This document shows positions 56,333-63,898 of a stretch of DNA of 64,000 bases, in pieces (within the stretch, counting starts at the first letter, position 1; each line of letters opens with the position of its first letter). A program made the translations under genes and the position numbers. The notes beneath the pieces were generated by a model. The model was given only the letters and a program-made list of their open reading frames with translations. It had not been told where the DNA came from and did no database searches. The DNA is from Patescibacteria group bacterium (GTDB lineage Bacteria; Patescibacteriota; Minisyncoccia; Phycocordibacterales; UBA9973). Location: the NCBI GenBank assembly GCA_040388095.1, contig JAZKCM010000001.1:125820-189819 (forward strand), given 5' to 3'.

Positions 56333-56361
56333 ATTATACTTGATAAATACAAAAAATTCAA
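56333..56361 (-). promoter_or_regulatory. Consensus promoter on the minus strand (TTGAAT-N17-TATAAT)
   Basis: The rc of 56356-56361 is TTGAAT and the rc of 56333-56338 is TATAAT, with a 17 nt spacer. Confidence 0.55.
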
Positions 56362-56396
56362 ATGCTATCATCCTTAGAATTTGATAAAATCACTAT

Positions 56397-56648
56397 ATGA
56401 TTAAAAAAGTGATTTCTCACGGCATAACACACAAAACACCAGCTGATTTACAGAAAGCTCTTATTTCTGCTCCGAGAGCTCTAGCGATATGGGAAAACAT
56501 TACTCCCCTAGCCCGCAATGAATGGATATGTTGGGTAATATCTGGCAAGAAAATAGAAACGAGGGTTATACGCATTAAAAAAGGAATATCGAAATTAAGT
56601 GGCGGAATGCGCCGCCCTTGTTGCTGGGCTGGATGTATTCATAGATAG
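56397..56648 (+). CDS. YdeI/OmpD-associated (OmdA) domain protein
   Basis: PADLQKALISAPRALAIWENITPLARNEWICWVISGKKIETRVIRIKKGISKL matches the YdeI/OmdA C-terminal domain pattern as I remember it. Confidence 0.65.
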   Translation: MIKKVISHGITHKTPADLQKALISAPRALAIWENITPLARNEWICWVISGKKIETRVIRIKKGISKLSGGMRRPCCWAGCIHR

Positions 56649-56692
56649 AATATGGTAAAATTATAAGTAATTATAATTAACTAAATGATTCT

Positions 56693-58642
56693 ATGAAGCA
56701 AAAATATTTTATTTATTTTCTCGCACCTATAGTATTTTTAGGTTTTATTCAAATAGTAAATTCGCAAACAATCGATAGCCAAAAGCTCGATCCTAATCCT
56801 CCAGTAATTACAAACATAAGTGTCACGCCTTTCTCATCTACTTCTGTAATAATCACATGGACTACAGACGAATTAAGTAATTCAAAAGTTTTATATGGTA
56901 AAGGCCGAACCAGCAAAAACGAAATTGATCAAAATGATGTAATTTCGCATTCTATTAAATTAGAAAATTTAGATATTGCTACTGAATATGTTTTTTGCGT
57001 CGAATCACGTGATAAGGTACAAAACATAGGGCAAAGTTGCGACCACACTTTTACTACGAGCACTCCTATTCCAGCTGACACAACTGCACCAATAATTACT
57101 GATGTAATCGCAGAAGATATTTCAACTTCAACAGCCACTATTTCTTGGGTGACAAATGAAATAGCTACAGGCCAAGTAGAATATGGGCTCACATCAACAT
57201 ATGGATTACAAAGTCCATATGATCAGACCCTCAACTTGAATCACTCAATAAGACTAACCGATCTTACAGAAGATACAACTTACCATATACAAGTAGAATC
57301 CAAAGATAATTCTAATAACTCATCAAAATCTCAAGATATTACTTTCAAAACACTTAAGAATGAAATTGTGATTCCGCCTTCCACTGCTCTTCCTATCATC
57401 ACAAATATAACTTCACACAATCAAACATCTTCAAGTGTTTCAATATCGTGGACAACAAACAAAATAACTGATGGCCAGATCGAATACGGAATAAATACAG
57501 ACTACGGAACAACAACAAACTTAGATAGTGATCTTATAAAACATCATACACAAATAATCACTGGACTTGAAGCAAATACTGCCTACTATGCACGAATACA
57601 TTCACACGATAACGAAGGTAATGAAGCCATATCCGAAGACTTTATTTTTCAAACGACGAACGGTACGACCATCACACCTCCAGATGAAAATCCACCACCT
57701 GTCGAAGAACCTGGTGATGGTTCTGATAATGGTTCTGGTGGAGGTGATACCAATACACCTAGAGATGAAAATCCGGCAGATGCAACTACACCAATAAATA
57801 ACACAGAAGGTGTATTTAAAAATGGTTCTGGTACTATACAAATCAATCAAGTATCGGGTGTTACTGCATATGGACTCAATCACACAATTCTTATACTTTG
57901 GAACAAAGCAAATGAAGCTGATCGTACTGGAATTAAAATTGTCCGTAGTAAAGAAGATTATCCAACAAATCCAAACGATGGTGACCTATTGTATCAAGGC
58001 AACGGTATGATATTTAGTGACGTAAACCTAACCAACAATAAGACGTATTATTATTCAGTCTTCGCATATAAAGAAAACTCAATTTATTCAGAACCAGTCC
58101 AGCTCTCTATCGCCCCTGTTGAAGACCCATCAAAATATACTTCAGTTCAAATTGATAATGGAAAAATACAAATACTTACGACTCGTGACTTTGGTCTCGG
58201 TACACGAGGATTTGTCGTTAATTATCTACAGAACCTTCTAGCTTCTGACCCTACCCTATATCCTGAGGGATTGGTAACTGGATATTTTGGACCATTAACA
58301 AAATCTGCAATCATAAGATTCCAAAAAAGACACGGGATACCAGAAACAGGGATAGTCGATGCAAATGTCCGAGCTATCACACGCGACTTAACTGTCCCAC
58401 AAAACGTCAAACCTGAATTATCACCTCGTAGCAATATGTCACTTGGTTCAACAGGTGACAATGTAAAAGTTTTACAGACTGCATTAGTTCAACTTGATTA
58501 TTTAGATGAAACTTTTATTGATGGAAATTTTGGAATAGAAACACAACAAGCTGTACTCAAATTCCAAAAAGATAACAATCTTGTAGTAGACGGAATAGTA
58601 GGACCAGTCACTCGAGCAAAAGCAATCTTGAAAGTGCACTAA
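56693..58642 (+). CDS. Secreted protein: 3-4 FN3-like domains + Pro/Gly/Asp linker + two peptidoglycan-binding (PG_binding_1-like) repeats
   Basis: Signal peptide. FN3 signatures VIITWTTDELSNSKVLYG, ATISWVTNEIATGQVEYG and VSISWTTNKITDGQIEYG. C-terminal repeats GYFGPLTKSAIIRFQKRHGIPETGIVD and GNFGIETQQAVLKFQKDNNLVVDGIVGPVT. Confidence 0.75.
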   Translation: MKQKYFIYFLAPIVFLGFIQIVNSQTIDSQKLDPNPPVITNISVTPFSSTSVIITWTTDELSNSKVLYGKGRTSKNEIDQNDVISHSIKLENLDIATEYVFCVESRDKVQNIGQSCDHTFTTSTPIPADTTAPIITDVIAEDISTSTATISWVTNEIATGQVEYGLTSTYGLQSPYDQTLNLNHSIRLTDLTEDTTYHIQVESKDNSNNSSKSQDITFKTLKNEIVIPPSTALPIITNITSHNQTSSSVSISWTTNKITDGQIEYGINTDYGTTTNLDSDLIKHHTQIITGLEANTAYYARIHSHDNEGNEAISEDFIFQTTNGTTITPPDENPPPVEEPGDGSDNGSGGGDTNTPRDENPADATTPINNTEGVFKNGSGTIQINQVSGVTAYGLNHTILILWNKANEADRTGIKIVRSKEDYPTNPNDGDLLYQGNGMIFSDVNLTNNKTYYYSVFAYKENSIYSEPVQLSIAPVEDPSKYTSVQIDNGKIQILTTRDFGLGTRGFVVNYLQNLLASDPTLYPEGLVTGYFGPLTKSAIIRFQKRHGIPETGIVDANVRAITRDLTVPQNVKPELSPRSNMSLGSTGDNVKVLQTALVQLDYLDETFIDGNFGIETQQAVLKFQKDNNLVVDGIVGPVTRAKAILKVH

Positions 58643-58656
58643 AAGTTATTTTTTAC

Positions 58657-59247
58657 TTATCTACTTTCCCCTTCAAAATTCTGCTCAACAACACCAAATT
58701 GCATTGTCTTTGGGTTAAGTTTTAACCAAATACTTTTTCCAACCGATGGTGCCACAGTAAAACTTTCTCCAGGATTTCTATCTGCATAATTTACAACAAT
58801 AACATTCTGTCTATTGGTTCCATTCGTTGTTTTTCCTTCGTCTATATTAATTGTTTGTGGAGCAATTCGATCTCCCAATAGTACTCCATCTGATCCAATA
58901 GGACCACTTACTGTATCAAGTAACGCTACTACATAATAAAATGTGCCACTACCACCTGTATCTTGTGTTACTAAAAAAACCTTATCTACCCTACCATCTT
59001 CATTTAAGTCATGTTTTAAATCATTACCGAAATATTTAGTAACTATCTTTGAAGCAGAGCCAGGAGCTGCTTCAATTTCTGAAATGCCGTTCTTTAATGT
59101 AATTTTCTGCCCAGCTATCATATATGTACCATCGTGTGAAAAATCCTCTTTAACTGCTTGATTATTAATACTTGTATTATTTTTATATATCGAAAATCCT
59201 ATAATTATCAAAACTATGGCTACCAAAATTACTGATGTTTTTTTCAT
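58657..59247 (-). CDS. Hypothetical secreted protein (196 aa)
   Basis: N-terminal anchor MKKTSVILVAIVLIIIGF followed by a soluble domain. Confidence 0.6.
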   Translation of the reverse strand: MKKTSVILVAIVLIIIGFSIYKNNTSINNQAVKEDFSHDGTYMIAGQKITLKNGISEIEAAPGSASKIVTKYFGNDLKHDLNEDGRVDKVFLVTQDTGGSGTFYYVVALLDTVSGPIGSDGVLLGDRIAPQTINIDEGKTTNGTNRQNVIVVNYADRNPGESFTVAPSVGKSIWLKLNPKTMQFGVVEQNFEGESR

Positions 59248-59337
59248 ATATTAAGTATATACCTATCTACCAAATTACCTAGGACTAAAACAGCATAAAA
59301 AACCTTGACTTGTAAAGTTATTTTAAATACTCTAAAT

Positions 59338-59353
59338 GTGGGACAATGTTCGA
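59338..59353 (+). repeat. Island intergenic motif, copy 1 (GTGGGACAATGTTCGA)
   Basis: Matches GTGGG-N5-T-N-TTCGA, which also occurs at 59891, 61329 and 61891, all in the same orientation. Confidence 0.6.
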
Positions 59354-59374
59354 GTAGCGACTTTGAGTCGGAAA

Positions 59375-59406
59375 TAAAAAAACAGTTCGTTGTAAACGAA
59401 CTGTTT
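59375..59406 (-). terminator. Intrinsic terminator (minus strand) after 59434..59748
   Basis: The rc reads AAACAGTTCGTT-TACA-ACGAACTGTTTTTTT. Confidence 0.75.
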
Positions 59407-59433
59407 AAAATAAACTTTCTTATTCCTTGTTAC

Positions 59434-59748
59434 TTAAAAAACGAAATCTAATCCACCATTTGATGAGCATCCTTTAAGGATCACCAAATCTTTTGGATTT
59501 TTTTCATCTACATACGCTTTCATTTGTGGCAATAGCTCAATACTGTGTTTGAAAGATTTACTACAAATTTTAGGTATAAATATAGCCAATGAACTCTTAA
59601 AAAGATTTTGTGTAGCTTTTTTTCCAAGGCCTTTTCTAAAATAGAATCTTTTAGGAAAAGACATTTTGAAAATGGTCCATAATACTAAATGTGTTATCCT
59701 ATACAGAAAAACAGGAATATTTAAAGTAAAAACAATTATTTTTTTCAT
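59434..59748 (-). CDS. Hypothetical basic protein (104 aa)
   Basis: ORF-track ORF. Preceded by a possible 26-37 aa hydrophobic mini-ORF (59755-59870 region) and a TTGACT-N16-TATACT promoter on the minus strand. Confidence 0.45.
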   Translation of the reverse strand: MKKIIVFTLNIPVFLYRITHLVLWTIFKMSFPKRFYFRKGLGKKATQNLFKSSLAIFIPKICSKSFKHSIELLPQMKAYVDEKNPKDLVILKGCSSNGGLDFVF

Positions 59749-59870
59749 TTTTTAATTATTAAGTTTTTGCATTATTGCTTTTTGAAAACCAGTAAACTGA
59801 CGCCCAAAGAGCAATATGCAAAGCAAAATAACCAAACATATCAAAGAACCTATACTGAATGTAGTATATC

Positions 59871-59910
59871 ATATATAGTCAAAAAGTCAATGCTACGAAC
59901 GTGGGAGGAT
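59871..59910 (+). repeat. Island intergenic motif, copy 2 (40 nt unit)
   Basis: aaaaagtcaatgctacgaacgtgggaggatgttcgaatga is 38/40 identical to 61308-61347. It contains CGAAC-N10-GTTCG and, on the minus strand, a TTGACT -35 box. Confidence 0.85.
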
Positions 59911-59934
59911 GTTCGAATGATTATTTTGGGGAAA

Positions 59935-59966
59935 TAAAAAAAGCCGCTCCTTATTAAAAGCGGCTT
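59935..59966 (-). terminator. Intrinsic terminator (minus strand) after 59987..60613
   Basis: The rc reads AAGCCGCT-TTTAATAAGG-AGCGGCTTTTTTT. Confidence 0.75.
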
Positions 59967-59986
59967 TATAAAATTTCTAAAACTTA

Positions 59987-60613
59987 TTACAAACCACCAA
60001 CAAAAGTACCAGCGCTATAACTCTTTTCTTTACATTTTTCGCAGTAAGCTTTTCCTGGTTGGCAATTGAGTGACCCATCATCTATTCCGATATGCATAAT
60101 TTTACTCATAATTTCTTGTGTAGTTAATTTTTCTCCACAATCGCTACAAATTATCTGCTCAATATTTTTTAATGAGAGTTCTTTCTTTGATTGCATTACA
60201 AAGAACATTGAGTCCTCAAGTAAATGCTTGCGATCGGTATCATTTCTCCACGGCTCAACAAAGAAATTTCCATTTGGATTTTCCCCTGTAGTATAGGTTC
60301 CCTTAGACCATGCATGCACGTGAACCCAATGATAAGTATTATAGAGATCACATTTCCTTAAGAAGAAAAGGTTCTTGCTGGCAAGCGATTTATCTTCCAG
60401 GAAGAATTTATTTTTTGTCATAAGCTCTTCAAATACACCGTGGAAAGAAATAGATTCCAGGGTGACATTATTCGATACAGGAAGATCATTCATGATGTCA
60501 CCATATGTAGAAGGCACAGCATTTTTAATAAGCTTGTAACCTTTTACAGCAATAAGAAGCGATGCTTTGGGTATCTCAAGAGAAAAACCCATTGCTGGTT
60601 GTAAATACTGCAT
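59987..60613 (-). CDS. Hypothetical protein with C-terminal zinc-ribbon (208 aa)
   Basis: Contains CSDCGEKL...CQPGKAYCEKCKEK (a CxxC..CxxC-like pair). The rest is unrecognised. Confidence 0.55.
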   Translation of the reverse strand: MQYLQPAMGFSLEIPKASLLIAVKGYKLIKNAVPSTYGDIMNDLPVSNNVTLESISFHGVFEELMTKNKFFLEDKSLASKNLFFLRKCDLYNTYHWVHVHAWSKGTYTTGENPNGNFFVEPWRNDTDRKHLLEDSMFFVMQSKKELSLKNIEQIICSDCGEKLTTQEIMSKIMHIGIDDGSLNCQPGKAYCEKCKEKSYSAGTFVGGL

Positions 60614-60695
60614 TTTGTTTCAATTTTCCCCTGACTAGCGGAGCGCTAATAAATTAATTATTTTATAGAAGACGTTTATTTAGTTACTTACATTC

Positions 60696-61169
60696 CTATA
60701 AGTAAACCGTAACCCTAGGGATTGATTTTTGAATTGCCCCTAAAATTAGAGAACTGTTGTCCTCTTCTTTATTCATTACTTCTTTCCCCAAACGAAAAGA
60801 AACAGGATTTTTTGTTTCTCTCGCTACTTTATTTAAGCACTCCTGAATAGAAACAGAAGTTTTATTTCGGAGCTTATCGCTCAAATCGTAGCAAACAATA
60901 CCCCAATAGACATGATCCTTTTTCTCAAATTTAATAATATCACCAAAAGTTTTTCTTCCAATTTGAGTTAATTCAGGAATTATATTATAACGAGAAAGGA
61001 ATCCAGCAAAACTCTGTACTGCATCATTTGTATAAAATTGACTACTCAGATCATTGAAGCCACAAGAGAGGTACGTATAGGTACTATCTGTGTTCAACGA
61101 AATGATAATATCCTTATTTAAGGTTAACGCAATCGACTCGATTGAATTATTTTTTTTATGTTCTATCAT
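60696..61169 (-). CDS. Hypothetical protein (157 aa)
   Basis: ORF-track ORF, co-oriented and probably co-transcribed with 59987..60613. No secure family. Confidence 0.55.
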   Translation of the reverse strand: MIEHKKNNSIESIALTLNKDIIISLNTDSTYTYLSCGFNDLSSQFYTNDAVQSFAGFLSRYNIIPELTQIGRKTFGDIIKFEKKDHVYWGIVCYDLSDKLRNKTSVSIQECLNKVARETKNPVSFRLGKEVMNKEEDNSSLILGAIQKSIPRVTVYL

Positions 61170-61307
61170 AATTTTATATTTATTTGTTTATAGTTTATTG
61201 AAACACTCACCCTGGCCTCCAAAAATGAAAAACAAAGCGAGTAATTCAATAAATAAACAAGAGTTGTGAAAGACCAAATACTTTGCTTAAAGTACTATAG
61301 TAAAGAT

Positions 61308-61347
61308 AAAAAGTCAATGCTCCGAACGTGGGAAGATGTTCGAATGA
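61308..61347 (+). repeat. Island intergenic motif, copy 3 (40 nt unit)
   Basis: aaaaagtcaatgctccgaacgtgggaagatgttcgaatga. Confidence 0.85.
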
Positions 61348-61358
61348 ACATAATCAAA

Positions 61359-61880
61359 TTAATTTGCAACTCTTTCTAATTTGATATTTTCATGTGTACC
61401 TATAAAATAGGCGTCTTCACTTTCATCGACATATATAACCGAACCATTTAGTATTTTTCCTCCTCCTGCAATTTGAAACATAAAACAACCAAATCCGAAA
61501 CTATTCCGATCTTTTTCCTTATGAGTAATGCGCACAAAACCATCTTTTATTTCTCCTTCAAAACAATATTTATTTGTATCTATTATTTTTATTTCTTCTG
61601 AGCTAGTACTTAATTTTTGAATAGACTCAACCACCATCTCGCCTTTAACCTTATCACCTGTTTGATTAAGAGTCATATTAAATGTAAATGATTTTGTTTT
61701 ACCATTCCATTTTCCACCAATTAGTGTTGATTTATATTTTTTTGAGAAATACCAAGGTAAAATTATTTTACTGAATAATTTGTCAAAAATCAAAACATAA
61801 CAAACCGTAGAAATAATACCAATAACTATTGGGTAGAAAAAGTACTTTGATAAAAACAGTATCGTCCAATTAATATTCAT
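61359..61880 (-). CDS. Hypothetical membrane protein: N-terminal TM hairpin + beta-rich soluble domain (173 aa)
   Basis: Two hydrophobic helices (ILFLSKYFFYPIVIGIISTVCYVLIF, then a weaker second) are followed by alternating-pattern segments (GGKWNGKTKSFTFNMTLNQTGDKVKGEMVV...FGFGCFMFQIAGGGKILNGSVIYV). Confidence 0.55.
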   Translation of the reverse strand: MNINWTILFLSKYFFYPIVIGIISTVCYVLIFDKLFSKIILPWYFSKKYKSTLIGGKWNGKTKSFTFNMTLNQTGDKVKGEMVVESIQKLSTSSEEIKIIDTNKYCFEGEIKDGFVRITHKEKDRNSFGFGCFMFQIAGGGKILNGSVIYVDESEDAYFIGTHENIKLERVAN

Positions 61881-61890
61881 GCTCGCTCTA

Positions 61891-61906
61891 GTGGGCGACT
61901 TTCGAA
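61891..61906 (+). repeat. Island intergenic motif, copy 4 (GTGGGCGACTTTCGAA)
   Basis: A divergent copy between the divergently transcribed 61359..61880 and 62001..62408. Confidence 0.5.
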
Positions 61907-62000
61907 CTATAAATTGGGTGGACGAATACCATTTCCCTAGTATAGCATTACAGGAAATTAAGTCATTATTGGCTTAAAAAGGCTGAAACATTTTAATATT

Positions 62001-62408
62001 ATGAAAACATCACGACCCACAACTACTCTAAAACAAAAGAAGGTCCTCAAGCTTTTAGGGGAAAATGGGGGAAATTTAAGAAAAGCTATCAAAGAAGCTG
62101 GCTACTCTCAGAAGTATGCTGATAACCCTCAAAGACTAACTACTACACAAACATGGCAAGAAATTACAGACGAGACATTCCCTGACGCATTACTAGCCCT
62201 TGTGCACCGTAAACTTTTAGAAAATGAATATACAGCACTTAAAGCACTCGACCTCGCTTATAAGCTCAAAGGAAGATACAAGGAAGCTGAAAAGCCAGTG
62301 CTCGAGAATAAGCAAATCATAGTTGAGATAATGCACTATGGAGACAGGAACAAAGAAAAGAAAATAATAGAGGAAGAAGTAGCTCACGCTCTTAAGTCAG
62401 ATGACTAA
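62001..62408 (+). CDS. Phage small-terminase-like HTH protein (135 aa)
   Basis: N-terminal KQKKVLKLLGENGGNLRKAIKEAGYSQKYADNPQRL resembles the HTH region of small terminase / Terminase_2-type proteins. Translationally coupled (ATGA overlap) to the next gene. Confidence 0.45.
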   Translation: MKTSRPTTTLKQKKVLKLLGENGGNLRKAIKEAGYSQKYADNPQRLTTTQTWQEITDETFPDALLALVHRKLLENEYTALKALDLAYKLKGRYKEAEKPVLENKQIIVEIMHYGDRNKEKKIIEEEVAHALKSDD

Positions 62409-62790
62409 ATTAAACACAAAACAAGAATTATTTTGTAAATTATACTCTGGTCCTAGAGAGTTCTTTGGAAATGCGACTCAGTCTTACATTGAAGCATACA
62501 AACCAGATCAGAAACCTAAAAACTGGTATAAATCGGCTCAAGCCTCTGCGTCTCGATTGTTATCAAATGTTATCATTTCTGAGCGTATTAAGGAGTTGTT
62601 TGAAGAGCTGGGGCTGACTGACAAGATGGTTGATACTGAATTGGCTTTTGTAATAATACAGAGAAAAGATCTTGGAGCTAAGATACGTGCAATAGCTGAA
62701 TATAATAAGATCAGGCAACGTATAGAAATAAAAGAATACGAGGTCCCTGTAATAACAGGAATGCAGATTATTTATGAGGGAAAAGAATAA
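62401..62790 (+). CDS. Phage terminase small subunit (Terminase_2/P27-like)
   Basis: KQELFCKLYSGPREFFGNATQSYIEAYKP...KSAQASASRLLSNVIISERIKEL matches the KQxLFxxxY...GNATxAY...AxxxASRLLxNVxV signature of Terminase_2 as I remember it. Confidence 0.65.
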   Translation: MTKLNTKQELFCKLYSGPREFFGNATQSYIEAYKPDQKPKNWYKSAQASASRLLSNVIISERIKELFEELGLTDKMVDTELAFVIIQRKDLGAKIRAIAEYNKIRQRIEIKEYEVPVITGMQIIYEGKE

Positions 62791-62821
62791 GTGTTTGGTT
62801 TAAAATATCTTTATTTATCGC

Positions 62822-63898
62822 TTATTTACCTCTAGCAATATCTAATTGCAACTGTTGTTCTTCCTCCCATTCTTCAGCTGCTCTGATTATAAAAGACTCT
62901 ATCATTTCAAGTGGAGTGTTAAGCCGTTCGTAAGTTCTTAACGTTTCGTGCATATTTTTAGAATTTTTAATCTTTTGAATACTACTCTTTAACTTTATAA
63001 AAGTTGTAAATCTTATATTTGGAGTAAAATTTGTTCGAGCTTTTAAATTTTCTGTCTCGAGGAGACCCATCTCTTTTTGAAAGTCAGTCTTACTAATTGA
63101 TTGGTCATGAATTTTATATCTTAGCCCATACAAGCGTTTCGTCAGTTCCTTAAATTCGTTCGTTTGTTCGAATTCATACATTTTAAACAAAAAATCTAAA
63201 TCCTTGTCTTTATTTTTAAGTTCTGGTAAGTCGTATTCAATCATTCGATCAACTTCTTCTAGACGATTCTGTAGATCAAAAGCGAGATCATTTTTTACTG
63301 AATTTAAAGAAACCCTGATGCCTTTACTGACTTTCAAAACAACCACTTTTGAAAAATCTCGATAATTTACATGATTACCTGAAATATATCTAGATGCCCA
63401 TGATGGCGTACCATTATAGTATGCACTATGTCCCTTATTTTGAAGTCTCACAAAAAAATCACATACAACCTGAAAAAGTATTTTTGCAAAGACTATTATA
63501 GTTTCAGGATTGTGTTCATCATTATGTTGAGCACCATTCCTATAAGAATGACATATTGTAACTATTGTTTCTTCCTTTTTTGTAAGCTTTTTTATTTTTT
63601 TTCTTAAAACTTTAATTTTTCCTTGAATGCTATCTTTTGCGTCAGAAATTTCTTTTTCCGAGAACTCTGGAGGCATGATTCTCATTGTAAATTCATCATA
63701 ACTAAATTTTGAGAGACAATATCTGTGCATGAGAATATCTATTAAGTTATCTAGAAGTATAATTGCCATCCTTGATTTTAAAGGGCTTTTTGATTTAATT
63801 AGCTCTGAAGAAACTTCAAGTTGTTCAATAATTAGGGCTAGTTTTTCGTCACTATTTTTTGTGTAATCAAATTTCGACATATTATTTAAAGTATTCAA
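62822..63898 (-). CDS. HEPN-like protein with Rx4H motif (358 aa), possibly Abi-type
   Basis: Helical protein with CHSYRNGAQHNDEH (R-N-x-x-x-H). Size is similar to AbiD/AbiF-type HEPN proteins. Convergent with the terminase-like genes. Confidence 0.5.
   Translation of the reverse strand: MNTLNNMSKFDYTKNSDEKLALIIEQLEVSSELIKSKSPLKSRMAIILLDNLIDILMHRYCLSKFSYDEFTMRIMPPEFSEKEISDAKDSIQGKIKVLRKKIKKLTKKEETIVTICHSYRNGAQHNDEHNPETIIVFAKILFQVVCDFFVRLQNKGHSAYYNGTPSWASRYISGNHVNYRDFSKVVVLKVSKGIRVSLNSVKNDLAFDLQNRLEEVDRMIEYDLPELKNKDKDLDFLFKMYEFEQTNEFKELTKRLYGLRYKIHDQSISKTDFQKEMGLLETENLKARTNFTPNIRFTTFIKLKSSIQKIKNSKNMHETLRTYERLNTPLEMIESFIIRAAEEWEEEQQLQLDIARGK

Noticed and set aside
59886-59905. CGAAC-N10-GTTCG as a LexA (Cheo-type) SOS box
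   Set aside because: The Cheo box is CGAAC-N4-GTTCG, so the 10 nt spacer does not fit. The left arm is not conserved in copies 1 and 4. I kept it only as a generic operator hypothesis.
61881-61930. tRNA 3' fragment or att site (gtgggcgactttcgaac resembles a T-loop)
   Set aside because: No complementary T-stem or acceptor stem can be folded on either strand. It is better explained as copy 4 of the island motif.
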